From an uncultured Actinomycetes bacterium (GTDB lineage Bacteria; Actinomycetota; UBA4738; HRBIN12): a stretch of 64,000 bases of DNA. A model generated the notes under the pieces. It did not search any database, was not told the origin of the DNA, and saw only the letters and a list, made by a program, of their open reading frames with translations. This document shows positions 46,808 to 56,264 of the stretch, in pieces. Numbering within the stretch: position 1 is the first letter of the stretch; each line of letters begins with the position of its first letter. Position numbers and translations under genes: made by a program. The DNA is taken from positions 563,248-627,247 of the forward strand of contig CAWCPZ010000011.1 in NCBI GenBank assembly GCA_963797635.1. Direction: 5' to 3'.

Positions 46808-48389
46808 CTACGCAGGCAGCGTGACGGTGCGCAGCTGGTGCGCATCGATGATGGACGCCACCTGCTCCAGCACCTCGATCGAGACCTCGGTGTCGACGGT
46901 GAGGCACATCAACGCGTCGCCGCCTTCGACCCTGCGGCCGACGTCCATCGTCGCGATGTTGACGTCGTGCTCGCCCAGCATCGTGCCCACGGTGCCGATG
47001 ATCCCCGGCCGGTCCGCGTACGTGAAGAACACCATGTGGCCCGCCGGGCGTCACCTCGATGTCGAAGTCGTTCACCTGCGTCACGCGCTCGTGGTCCTTC
47101 GCCAGGATCGAACCCGCCACGCTCACCGGGCCCTCGTCGGTCTCGGCCCGCAGGGCGATCGAACTCACGTAGTCCTGGGACACCGTCGAGCGCATCTCGC
47201 TCACCGTGAGTCCGCGCTCGCGTGCCAGCATCGGCGCGTTCACGAACGAGACCGGCTCGTGCACGGTTCGGCCCAGGATGCCTTTGAGGATCGCCAGCGT
47301 GAGCACGCGGGTGTCGGATTCCGCGATGCGGCCCAGATACGAGGCCACGATCGACCGCACACCACCCTCGGCGAGTCCCGCCACCAGCGTGCCCAACCGC
47401 TCGGCCAGCGGCACGAACGGTCGCACCACCTCGGTCACCTCGGCGCCGGCGCTGACGTTGACCGCGTACGGCACGAACTCACCCATCAGCGCCAGCCGCA
47501 CCATCTCGGCGACGGTGGTGCCGGCCTTGTCCTGCGCTTCCTTGGTCGAGGCTCCGAGGTGCGGCGTCACCACCACGCTGTCCAACGCGAAGAGCGGCGA
47601 GTCGGTGGTGGGCTCGTTCGCGAACACGTCGAGCGCGGCACCGCCCAGGTGTCCGCTCTCGATCGCCTTGGCCAGGGCATCCTCGTCGACGATGCCGCCG
47701 CGCGCCGTGTTCACCAGGCGAGCACCCTGCTTCATCAGCCCGAGCTCGTGCTCGCCCAGCAGCCCCTCGGTCTCGGGGGTTCGCGGCAGATGGATCGACA
47801 CGAAGTCGGCCTGGACCAGGAGCGACTCGAGCGACGGCATCGCATCGACGCCCATCTCCTTCGCACGCTCGGCGCTGACGTAGGGATCGAACGCGATCAC
47901 CCGCATGCCGAACCCGGCCGCGCGTTGGGCCACCAACGCCCCCACCCGTCCCAGCCCGACGAGGCCGATCGTCTTGCCGGCGAGCTCCACGCCCTCCCAC
48001 TTCGAGCGCTCCCACGCGCCCTGTTTCAGCGCGGCGTTGGCCTGCGGGGTGTTGCGAGCCTGCGCCAGGAGCAAGGCCATCGCCTGCTCGGCGGCGCTGA
48101 TGATGTTGGACTGCGGCGCGTTGACCACCATGACGCCGCGGCGCGTGGCGGCTTCGACGTCGACGTTGTCCAGGCCGATCCCCGCGCGCGCCACCACCTT
48201 CAGCTGTGGCGCGGCGGCGAGCACCTCGTCGGTGACCTGCGTGGCGCTGCGGATGATGAGCGCGTCGTAGGGCGCGATCTCGGTCGCGAGGTCGCCCCCG
48301 GCGAGGTCGGTGCGAACGTCCACCTGGAAGTCCTTGCGGAGCAGCTCCAGCCCTTGCTCGGAGAGCTGCTCGGTGACGAGGACCCTCAC
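46808..48389 (-). pseudogene. serA: D-3-phosphoglycerate dehydrogenase, frame break near 47036-47043 (before the ACT domain)
   Basis: GTG 48389 overlaps the upstream stop (GTGA). Contains VRVLVTEQLSEQGLELL, GLVGLGRVGALVA and PHLGAST, inside fused ORF 45243..49559. The ACT domain (HMVFFTYADRPGIIGTVGTMLGEHDVNIATMDVGR) is in ORF 46808..47035. Confidence 0.85.
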
Positions 48390-49547
48390 GAGGCGCGCGA
48401 CTCCATGAAGACCGTCTCGGCGGCCGCCACCGCAGCGCCGCGCTTCACGGGGTGACCGAGCGTCTCCAAGGTCATCTCCAAGCGCCGCGAGCCCCCGGAT
48501 GATGTCGAGCTCGGAGAAGTATCCGAAGTGCCCGATGCGGAAGACCTTGCCCTTCAGCGGTCCCTGACCCGGAGCCAGCACGCACCCGTGATCGGCGCGG
48601 ATCGTGTCGCTGATCGTGTCGGCGTCGATGTTCTCGGGCGCGCGGATCGCGGTGACGGTCCAGTTGTCCTCGAGCCCTTCGCCGAACAGGTCCAGGCCGA
48701 GCGCCTTCGCGCCTTCCTTCACCGCCCGCGACAGCATCTGATGGCGAACCATCGCCGCCTCGATGCCGTCCTGGAAGTACAGCGCCAGGGCGGCCTGCAG
48801 GCCCTGCATCACGCTGATCGCGGGCGTCCACGGGTTCTCGGGGTGCGGCAGGTCGGCGAACCGCTTGTAGGTGGCCCAGTCGAAATAGAAGCGCGGGTTC
48901 GTCGCGGAGCGCGATGCCTCCCACGCGCGCTCGCTGATCGCGCAGAACGCGATGCCGGGCGAGGCGCTCAGGGCCTTCTGGCTGCCGCCCACCGCGACGT
49001 CGATCCCCCAGGCGTCGAACTCGAACGGCACGGCGCCGAGCGAGGACACCGCGTCGACGATCACCAGGGCGCCGGCGTCGTTGGCGACCTTCGCGAGCTG
49101 CTCGATCGGTTGGATCACGCCGGTGGAGGTCTCGGACTGGGTGAGCAGCACGGCCTTCACGGGATGCTCGGCCAGCGCGGCCGCGACGTCGTCGGGGCGG
49201 ATCTTCGTGCCCCACTCGTACTCGACGGTCCGCACCGTGAGCCCGTAGGTCTCGGCGAGCTTCTTGAACCGCTCGGAGAAGAACCCGGCCAGGGGCACCA
49301 GGACCTCGTCGCCGGGACTGAAGCAGTTGGCGATCGCGGACTCGAGCCCGCCCGTGCCGCTGGAGGTCATGAGCAGCACGTCGGCCGAATCGGTCTTGTA
49401 GAGCTCCTTCAGCCGCGTGGTGACGTCGCGCATCAGGTTCCCGAAGCCGGGACCACGGTGATAGACGAGCGGGCTGCCCTGGGCGAGCAGCACCTCGGGC
49501 GGGATCGGGGTCGGACCGGGGGCCAGGATGATCTCGGGCCTGTCCAT
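48386..49547 (-). pseudogene. Class V aminotransferase (serine-glyoxylate / phosphoserine aminotransferase-like), frame break near 48478-48482
   Basis: ATG 49547 (MDRPEIILAPGPTPIPPEVL...; GAGGAG lies 11 nt upstream). Contains GGSQKALSASPG (PLP lysine). The tail LEMTLETLGHPVKRGAAVAAAETVFMESRAS-stop is reached by skipping one nt. Otherwise the frame reads straight into serA. Confidence 0.8.
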
Positions 49548-49689
49548 CGGTTGGATCACTCCTCGAACGACGTCGGAACCGTCAGCCTACCAATGCGTCG
49601 ACGGCAGGATTCCGCAAGGACGGCGACGGCAAGGAACCGCAGCTCCGTATCATCCTGTGGGCGCTTCGCCAGGGGCGCCGACCCCAACG

Positions 49690-52600
49690 ATGGCGACCCT
49701 TCGATTCCTGCTCAAGCGGTTCGCGGCTCAGCGTCTGCTGGGCCTGGCGGTCATCGTCACGCTGGCGTTCAGCGTGGGCGTCCTGGTCGCCGGCCCCATC
49801 TACGCTGACGCCGCCCGAGAGGCCATCTTCTCCTCCACGCTGAGCGATGCCGGCGTGACCGTGGCCAACGCGCGCTACCAGGTGTTCGGCGACGAGGACT
49901 TCGACTGGGCGAACGCCGACGCGGCGGTGGAGGGGGCGCTCACCGGCGTTCCGACCGACACGATCGTCTCCCAGGGGCTGTCCACGGTGCGGTTCGGCGA
50001 CACCGAGGGGCCGTCCCTCCCGGTGTTCTTCCGCGAGGGCGCGGCCGACCATCTGCAGATCCGCGGAGAGGCGCCCGCCGCCGGTGAGATCGCCCTGCCC
50101 TCGAGCACGGCGCAGACCGCGGGCCTGCAGCTGGGTGACCCGGTCACGATCGTGGGTCCCAACGACGAGACGGTGACGTTGACGCTCAGCGGGACGTACG
50201 GCTCGCCCGACCGCGAGGATCCGTTCTGGTTCGGCTCACGCAACCCGTTCCCGGGCCCGGATGCCACCGACCCCCCGCCGCTGCTCATGGACCGCGATGC
50301 CTACCTCGAGGCCGCCACGACGCTGGGGCTGACGAGCGAGTTCGCCTGGGACGCCTACCTCGCCGTCGGCGATCTCACGTACGACGAGGCGCGCTCGGTT
50401 CCCGGCCAGCTGCTCCACGCCGAGGATGTCATGAGCGAACAGCCGGGCATGACCACGGTTCGCCTCACGACCGGGCTCGACACGCTGTTCGGCATCGTGG
50501 ATCAGCGCGTGCAGAACCTTCGGATCCCGATCCTGCTCGTCGTGATCCAGATCGGCGCGGTGACGCTGGCCGTGCTGGCGGGGGTGGGGGCGCTGGCGCT
50601 CACCCGCCAGTCCTTCGAGCTCGCCGTGCTCCACAGCCGCGGGTTCACGAAGCGGACGTTGCTGACCGCACAGGGTTTGCAGGCGCTCACCTACGCGGTG
50701 GTGGCCTACCCGTTGGGTCTGCTCTTGGGGCTGGTGCTGGCGAAGCTCGCCGGCCGCTCGAACGGCAAACAGCTCCCCGGGGTGGTGTTCCCCGTCCACC
50801 TCAACGCCGGAGCCGAGCTGCTCGGTCTGCTGGCGGCGGCCGCGGGGGCCGCGATCTTGTTCGGGCTCTCCTACCCGCTCGTGAAACGCACCGTGTTGGA
50901 GGAGCGGCGGGCCGCCTCGCGCGAGGACCGGCCGTTGCTCGCCCGGGTGCCCGTGGAGCTGTTCGTCCTGCCCCTCGGGATCTTCGCCTACCTCCAGTTG
51001 CGGGGCGGCACCGAGGTGACGCCGGGCGGGGGCACGATCGATCCGCTGGTCCTGGCGGCCCCCACCCTGCTGCTGTTCGGCATCTCGTTCCTGGCCCTGC
51101 GCCTGCTGCTGTTCGTGCTTCGACGGCTCGACGGGCGGATCGGACGGACGCGGCGGGTGTCCACCTACCTGGCGGGTCGCCGGGTCGGGCGCTCCCCGGG
51201 CACCGGGTTCGCCGCGGCGCTCCTGCTGCTGCTGGCGATGGGGCTGCTGGTGGTCTCGACCTCCTACCGGGCGATCGTGCTGCGCAACCACGCCGACGCC
51301 GCGCACACGCAGGTCGGCGCCGACTGGAACGTGCAGGTGAGTCCCCCCGAACAGGTCCTGGCCGCCATCGGCGACCTTCCCGAGGAAGCCACCGCGGTGG
51401 TGCGCACCGAACCGACGTTCTCCGACGGGAGCTTCTCCCTGCCGCCGACCGTGCTGGGCATCGATCCCGCCACCTACGAGGAGGGCGGCTGGTGGCGATC
51501 GGACTTCTCCTCGTCATCGCTCGAGGACATCGTGGAGGGATTGGCCACCGACCCGCTCGGGCTGCCGGTCGACGCGGGAACCCTGACGCTCGCCCTCGAC
51601 GTCCCCGTCCTTCCGCAGGGCATGCTGGTCCAGGCCACGGAGTTCGACGACGCCGGCCAGGTGCGCACCGTGGAAGCTCGGCTGCAGGAGGGTTCCGGCT
51701 CCTACGACCTCGATCTGGACGCCGGCCGCCTCGCCTCGATCACGTTCCACGTCGACACCGGGACCGAGCTGCCTCCCGAACTGAAGATCGGGTTCCGTTC
51801 GGTCGAACTGGCGGGCCAACCGCTCTCGATCGAGGCCTGGGAACCGATCACCTGGCGCAGCAGCCAGGGAACCCTCGAGCCCGACGGCGACGGAGGTCCC
51901 ACCATCTACACGATGAGCCCGGGGGCCGGGAACGTGATCGGCGGGATCTGGCCGGCGCCGCCCGACCTGCCGGCCGTGATCTCGGAGAACTGGGGCTCGG
52001 CCGTGAACGCCCCCTTCGACGTGGGCGTGGCGGGCCAGAGCACGACGGTCCACCCGTTCGCCACCGCCAACCAGTTCCCCAGCCTCGTGCCCAACGCGCC
52101 GTTCGTCGTCGTGTCCGCGCCCGCGATCCTGGAGCGGCAGTTCGCGATCCCGGAGGCCGGGCTCACGTTGGATGAGGTGTGGGCCAACACGCCGGACGAT
52201 CCGTCGCCGGTGTTGGAGACCGCAGGCTTCATCCCGGGCCTCGTCCAGGCCACCGCCCCGATCGAAGGACTCCTGGCGCAGCTGCCGCAGTCGCTCGCCG
52301 TGGGGATGAACTTCACCGCCGCCCTGGCCGGCGTCGGGCTCGTGGTGATCGGCGTGGCGGCGGGGTTGTACTTCACGATGCGTCGGCGCGACTACGAGTT
52401 CGCCGCGTTGCGGGCCATGGGCACGAGAGCGGGACAGATCCGTCGCGCGCTGATCCTGGAACAGGTGGGACTGCTGGGGTTCGCGCTGGTGGCCGGCATC
52501 GCGATCGGGTACTTCCTCCTGCGACTGATGATGCCCTACGTCGGCACGAGCCTCGGGGTGCCCTACCCCGTGCCGGTGCTGGTGATCGACTGGGCGGCGC

Positions 52601-52713
52601 TCGGCGTGGCGGTGGTGGCGATCGTCGTCGCGGCTGCCATCTCGCTGGCCGCCGCGATGCGGTTCCTGATGCGCTCGTCGGTGACGGGCGTGCTGCGAGG
52701 TGAAGCGGAATGA
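49690..52713 (+). CDS. Large FtsX-like ABC transporter permease (1007 aa; two 4-TM FtsX modules plus large extracytoplasmic regions)
   Basis: In-frame ATG 49690 of ORF 49528..52713 (MATLRFLLKRFAAQRLLGLAVIVTLAF...). TM clusters lie around aa 290-440 and 890-1000, with long soluble stretches between them. No frame break. Confidence 0.85.
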   Translation: MATLRFLLKRFAAQRLLGLAVIVTLAFSVGVLVAGPIYADAAREAIFSSTLSDAGVTVANARYQVFGDEDFDWANADAAVEGALTGVPTDTIVSQGLSTVRFGDTEGPSLPVFFREGAADHLQIRGEAPAAGEIALPSSTAQTAGLQLGDPVTIVGPNDETVTLTLSGTYGSPDREDPFWFGSRNPFPGPDATDPPPLLMDRDAYLEAATTLGLTSEFAWDAYLAVGDLTYDEARSVPGQLLHAEDVMSEQPGMTTVRLTTGLDTLFGIVDQRVQNLRIPILLVVIQIGAVTLAVLAGVGALALTRQSFELAVLHSRGFTKRTLLTAQGLQALTYAVVAYPLGLLLGLVLAKLAGRSNGKQLPGVVFPVHLNAGAELLGLLAAAAGAAILFGLSYPLVKRTVLEERRAASREDRPLLARVPVELFVLPLGIFAYLQLRGGTEVTPGGGTIDPLVLAAPTLLLFGISFLALRLLLFVLRRLDGRIGRTRRVSTYLAGRRVGRSPGTGFAAALLLLLAMGLLVVSTSYRAIVLRNHADAAHTQVGADWNVQVSPPEQVLAAIGDLPEEATAVVRTEPTFSDGSFSLPPTVLGIDPATYEEGGWWRSDFSSSSLEDIVEGLATDPLGLPVDAGTLTLALDVPVLPQGMLVQATEFDDAGQVRTVEARLQEGSGSYDLDLDAGRLASITFHVDTGTELPPELKIGFRSVELAGQPLSIEAWEPITWRSSQGTLEPDGDGGPTIYTMSPGAGNVIGGIWPAPPDLPAVISENWGSAVNAPFDVGVAGQSTTVHPFATANQFPSLVPNAPFVVVSAPAILERQFAIPEAGLTLDEVWANTPDDPSPVLETAGFIPGLVQATAPIEGLLAQLPQSLAVGMNFTAALAGVGLVVIGVAAGLYFTMRRRDYEFAALRAMGTRAGQIRRALILEQVGLLGFALVAGIAIGYFLLRLMMPYVGTSLGVPYPVPVLVIDWAALGVAVVAIVVAAAISLAAAMRFLMRSSVTGVLRGEAE

Positions 52714-53576
52714 CCATGGTGAGTCCCGACGTGTTCACCCCGGCGGATCGCGATGCCCTGATCCGGTTCCGGCACGTCTACAAGGTGTACCGGGTGGCCG
52801 ACACCGGCGTCGTGGCGCTCGGCGGCGTCGACTTCGACATCGCCCAGGGCGAGTTCCTGGCGGTGGTGGGGCCGAGCGGCGCGGGCAAGTCCACGATCTT
52901 GAACATGGTGGGCGGCCTCGACCGCGCGTCCGCCGGCGAGGTGATCGTCGACGGCCAGGACCTGGGCCAGCTCGACGACGACGCGCTCACGCAGTACCGG
53001 GGCGAACGCATCGGGTTCGTGTGGCAGGGCACCGCGCGCAACCTGGTGCCGTACCTCAACGTGCGTGAGAACGTGCGGCTCCCCGGCACCGTGCATCGCA
53101 GCGCCGAGCGCTCACGTCAGCGCGACGTCGAGGAGCTGCTGGCCCTGGTCGGGCTGAAGGACCGATCCAAGCACCGGCCGGGCATGCTGTCGGGCGGTGA
53201 ACAGCAGCGTGTCGCGATCGCCGTGGCACTGGCCAACACGCCCACGATCCTGTTGGCCGACGAACCCACGGCCGAGCTCGACTCCGAGAGTTCGGCCCGG
53301 GTGCTGGAGGCCTTCCGCGCGGTGAACCAGGAGTTCGGCACGACGATCGTGATGGTGACCCACGACCTGGCTGCGGCGCGGGCGGCCTCGCGGCGGATCC
53401 GCGTCCGGGACGGGCGGGTGCTGCACGAAGGCCTGGCGGTCGATCCGATCGGCGAGGACGGCCGCGTCAAGCTCCCCGACGACGCGATCGCCGCGCTGGG
53501 CGGGGTCGAGCTCGAGGCCGAGGTCGGGCCCGACGAGATCCATCTGCGGCGAAGGAGCGAGACCGGCCATGCCTGA
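52710..53576 (+). CDS. ABC transporter ATP-binding protein with a C-terminal extension of about 60 aa
   Basis: ORF 52710..53576 (288 aa). Walker A GPSGAGKST, signature LSGGEQQRV, Walker B ILLADEPT. Start overlaps the permease stop. Confidence 0.9.
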   Translation: MTMVSPDVFTPADRDALIRFRHVYKVYRVADTGVVALGGVDFDIAQGEFLAVVGPSGAGKSTILNMVGGLDRASAGEVIVDGQDLGQLDDDALTQYRGERIGFVWQGTARNLVPYLNVRENVRLPGTVHRSAERSRQRDVEELLALVGLKDRSKHRPGMLSGGEQQRVAIAVALANTPTILLADEPTAELDSESSARVLEAFRAVNQEFGTTIVMVTHDLAAARAASRRIRVRDGRVLHEGLAVDPIGEDGRVKLPDDAIAALGGVELEAEVGPDEIHLRRRSETGHA

Positions 53577-53714
53577 TCGCGACGACCTGCGGAACGTCTG
53601 GGGTCCCGGAGCCCAGCGGGGCGACGAGGACGGCGGGGCGCCGCGACGCCGGCCCCGGGTGCCGCGGAGCCTGCACGGCCGGCCGGCGGTGCCCCACTCC
53701 TGGAGGGCATCAAC

Positions 53715-54398
53715 GTGGTTCGCTCCTATCCGGGCGCCCAGGGGGTGCTCGCGGTACGCGGCGCGTCGCTGTCGCTGGCCTCGCAGGACTTCGTGGCGCT
53801 GATGGGGCCGAGCGGTTCGGGCAAGACCACGTTCATCGGCACGCTGTCCGGACTCGATGCCCCCGACGAGGGCGAGGTGCGGTTCAAGGGCGAACCGATC
53901 ACGGCGATGTCCCGCGCCGAGCGGATCGCGCTGCGCCAGACCGGCATGGGCGTCGTGTTCCAGTCGTTCGGGCTGCTCCCCACGCTGTCGGCCGTGGAGA
54001 ACGTGGAACTGCCCCTGCGGGTGAACGGTGTCGACCTGGGCGAGGCGCGGGAACGCGCGATCGGCTGGCTCGAGCGTCTGGGCCTCACCGACCGGGTCGA
54101 CAATCGGACGTTCGAGCTGAGCGCGGGCCAGCAGCAGCGCGTGGCGGTGGCGCGGGCGCTGATCGCCGAACCCGAGGTCGTGCTCGCCGACGAACCGATC
54201 GCCGAGGTCGACACCGAGAACGCCGACCTGATCCTGGAGGCGCTCTGGGACGTGATCGGGCGCGGCGGGGCCGTGCTGGCCGCCACCCACAACCCGGAGG
54301 CGCTGCGCTACGCGAACCGGGTGGTGCTGTTCCGCGACGGTCAGATCGAAGCCTCGGGCTCCCCCGAGGAGCTCGCCGGCCACCTCACCACCGACTAG
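53715..54398 (+). CDS. Second ABC transporter ATP-binding protein; 5' end unresolved (probably extends upstream towards 53569)
   Basis: ORF 53715..54398. Walker A GPSGSGKTT, signature LSAGQQQRV, Walker B VLADEPI. The conserved N-terminal strand (PLLEGINVVRSYPG) continues upstream of GTG 53715 in the same frame, but that frame has no start codon. ATG 53569 is in another frame. Confidence 0.8.
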   Translation: MVRSYPGAQGVLAVRGASLSLASQDFVALMGPSGSGKTTFIGTLSGLDAPDEGEVRFKGEPITAMSRAERIALRQTGMGVVFQSFGLLPTLSAVENVELPLRVNGVDLGEARERAIGWLERLGLTDRVDNRTFELSAGQQQRVAVARALIAEPEVVLADEPIAEVDTENADLILEALWDVIGRGGAVLAATHNPEALRYANRVVLFRDGQIEASGSPEELAGHLTTD

Positions 54399-54412
54399 TC
54401 TGACCCAGACTA
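54396..54412. terminator. Palindrome TAGTCTG-ACC-CAGACTA, second copy of the element at 25099..25117; the stop codon is again in the stem
   Basis: TAG 54396-54398 ends the ABC ATPase gene. A convergent small ORF ends at 54422. The extended 19-nt sequence matches the reverse complement of the first copy at 17 of 19 positions. Confidence 0.4.
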
Positions 54413-54421
54413 CCCGCGCGG

Positions 54422-54574
54422 CTAGAAGCGCAGGGACTTCCAGACGTCGTCTCCGCGGTCGGTGAACGCGTCGGGGTCCAGGTCGACCGGCAGCGGTTGG
54501 TCGCCGGGCTCGCGGCCCAGCACGCGATCCACCAACCTTCGCCGGCCCTGGCCCTTGCGGAGGGCCTTGGCCAT
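54422..54574 (-). CDS. Possible small protein (50 aa), below the ORF-track length cut-off
   Basis: Own translation: MAKALRKGQGRRRLVDRVLGREPGDQPLPVDLDPDAFTDRGDDVWKSLRF-stop. The frame stays open for 15 more codons upstream (DLDLQRRIRETRRDR) without a standard start. No family recognised. Confidence 0.3.
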   Translation of the reverse strand: MAKALRKGQGRRRLVDRVLGREPGDQPLPVDLDPDAFTDRGDDVWKSLRF

Positions 54575-54657
54575 CCGATCGCGCCGCGTCTCACGGATGC
54601 GGCGTTGCAGATCGAGGTCTCAGGTGGGATGGCCCAGCGCCGGCCCCGAGATGTGCA

Positions 54658-55882
54658 TCAGGGCACCAGCGTCCGCAGGTCGACGTCGGGATCCTCCAGC
54701 GCGGTCGGGTCGGGGGCCACCTGGGCGGCGATCAACCCGAACGACCGGCGGACGTCCCGCGGCCAATCCAGGCTGACCGTCGACCGCAGCACGCCGTCGC
54801 CGTCGAGCAGGAACGCGCAGAACGAACGCTCCTCCAGGGACCCCCGCACGACCATCCAATCCCACGTGGGGGCGATCCCCGCGGTCTGCACCTGGGACTC
54901 GTACTGGTCCGACCAGAACCAATGGGGATCGCCGAACACGGTCTCGGCCCCGAGCATGTTCCGAGCGGCGGTTTCGCCCATCTTGATCGCGTTGTCGTAG
55001 TGCTCGACGCGGATGGGACCGAAGAGCGGATGCTCCTGCCTCGCCACATCGCCCGCCGCATAGACCCCACGCACCTCGGTCTCGAGCGTCGGCCCGACCG
55101 GGATGCCACCACCCTGGTCCAGGCCCGGTTCCGGCCATGAGCTCCACCGCGGGCTCGGTGCCCACCCCGACGATGGCGACATCGGCATCGATGCGACGAC
55201 CGCCGCTGGTCACCACCGCTTCGAGCCGGCCGTCGCCTTCGAAGCTGGCCACTGCCTCGTTGAACAGCATCTTCACCCCGTGATCGCGATGCACCGCCTC
55301 CAGGACCCGGCCGATGGCGGGTCCCAGGATCCGATACAGGGTGGTCTCGAAGATCTCCACGACCGTTACGTCGTTGCCGAGCATCCGGAGCGAGGCCGCG
55401 ACCTCGGCGCCGATGAAGCCCATGCCGACGCACACCACCCGCGCGCCCTGACCGACGGCCTCCTTGATGCGATCGGCATCGTCGGCGTGGCGGAGATCGA
55501 ACACGCCGGGGAGCCCGGCGCCCGGCGCATCGAGGCTCCGGTTGCGGCTTCCGGTGGCCATCAGCAGCCGGTCGAAGGCGATGCGCTCGCCGCCGGCGAG
55601 CACCACCTCGCGTTCGCGCACGTCGATCTGGACGGCGCGCGTGCCGAACCTGGCGTCGATCTCCTGCTCGGCGTACCACTCGGGCGGTCGCACGAAGGCG
55701 TCCTCGAGCGGCTGCTCGCCGCGCAGGTACTCCTTCGACAGGGGTGGACGTTCGTAGGGCGCCAGCGGTTCGGCGCCGATCAGGGCGATCCGGCCGTCGA
55801 ACCCCTCGCCGCGCAGGGTCGCCGCCGCGGTGGCCCCGGCCAGCGAGGCTCCGACGATGACGAACGTCCGGTCGGTGGTCAC
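54658..55882 (-). pseudogene. FAD-dependent pyridine-nucleotide-disulfide oxidoreductase (ferredoxin reductase type), frame break near 55122-55132
   Basis: ORF 54620..55882 gives MTTDRTFVIVGASLAGATAAATLR...VVCVGMGFIGAEVAASL (two dinucleotide folds). The C-terminal half (GLDQGGGIPVGPTLETEVRGVYAAGDVA...HWFWSDQY) is in ORF 54658..55188. Confidence 0.8.
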
Positions 55883-55889
55883 GCTCCCC

Positions 55890-56201
55890 CTACGCTTCGA
55901 CCTTCAGCTGTCCGCCGTCCTCGGCGACCCCGTAGGTCGCGATGGGCTCGGTCGCCGGCCCCTGGATCACCGCGCCGGTCCCCATGTCGAAGACGCTGCC
56001 GTGGCACTCGCACTCGATCGTGGAGCCCTCGACCTCGCCGCCGTTCGCGAGGTTGCAGCCACGGTGCGTACAGATGTCGCTGAACGCATACAGGGTGCCG
56101 TTCGATCGCGCCACGGCGATCTCCGCATCGCCGACGGCGAACGGCGTGGCCTCGCCCTCGGGCACCTCATCCGCCGAGCCGACCGTGATCCACTCCCCCA
56201 C
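55890..56201 (-). CDS. Rieske [2Fe-2S] ferredoxin (oxygenase ferredoxin component)
   Basis: Internal GTG 56201 of ORF 55890..56249, with AGGAGG 8 nt upstream. Contains CTHRGC...CECHGSVF (CxH-x17-CxxH). 103 aa. Confidence 0.85.
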   Translation of the reverse strand: MGEWITVGSADEVPEGEATPFAVGDAEIAVARSNGTLYAFSDICTHRGCNLANGGEVEGSTIECECHGSVFDMGTGAVIQGPATEPIATYGVAEDGGQLKVEA

Positions 56202-56264
56202 GTGTCCAACCTCCTGTGTCCGCGGCGTCCGGTCTCGGACGCAGGGCATCAGCTTACGCCGGGC

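Noticed and set aside
45243-49559. 1438-aa giant ORF suggesting a multidomain aminotransferase-dehydrogenase-transporter fusion
   Set aside because: It is a read-through artefact. It strings together the class-V aminotransferase, serA and an MFS gene through two intergenic spacers lacking in-frame stops and through frame breaks near 48480, 47040 and 45904. Proper stops, overlapping starts (GTGA at 48386-48389) and an ATG with its own context (46622) define separate genes.
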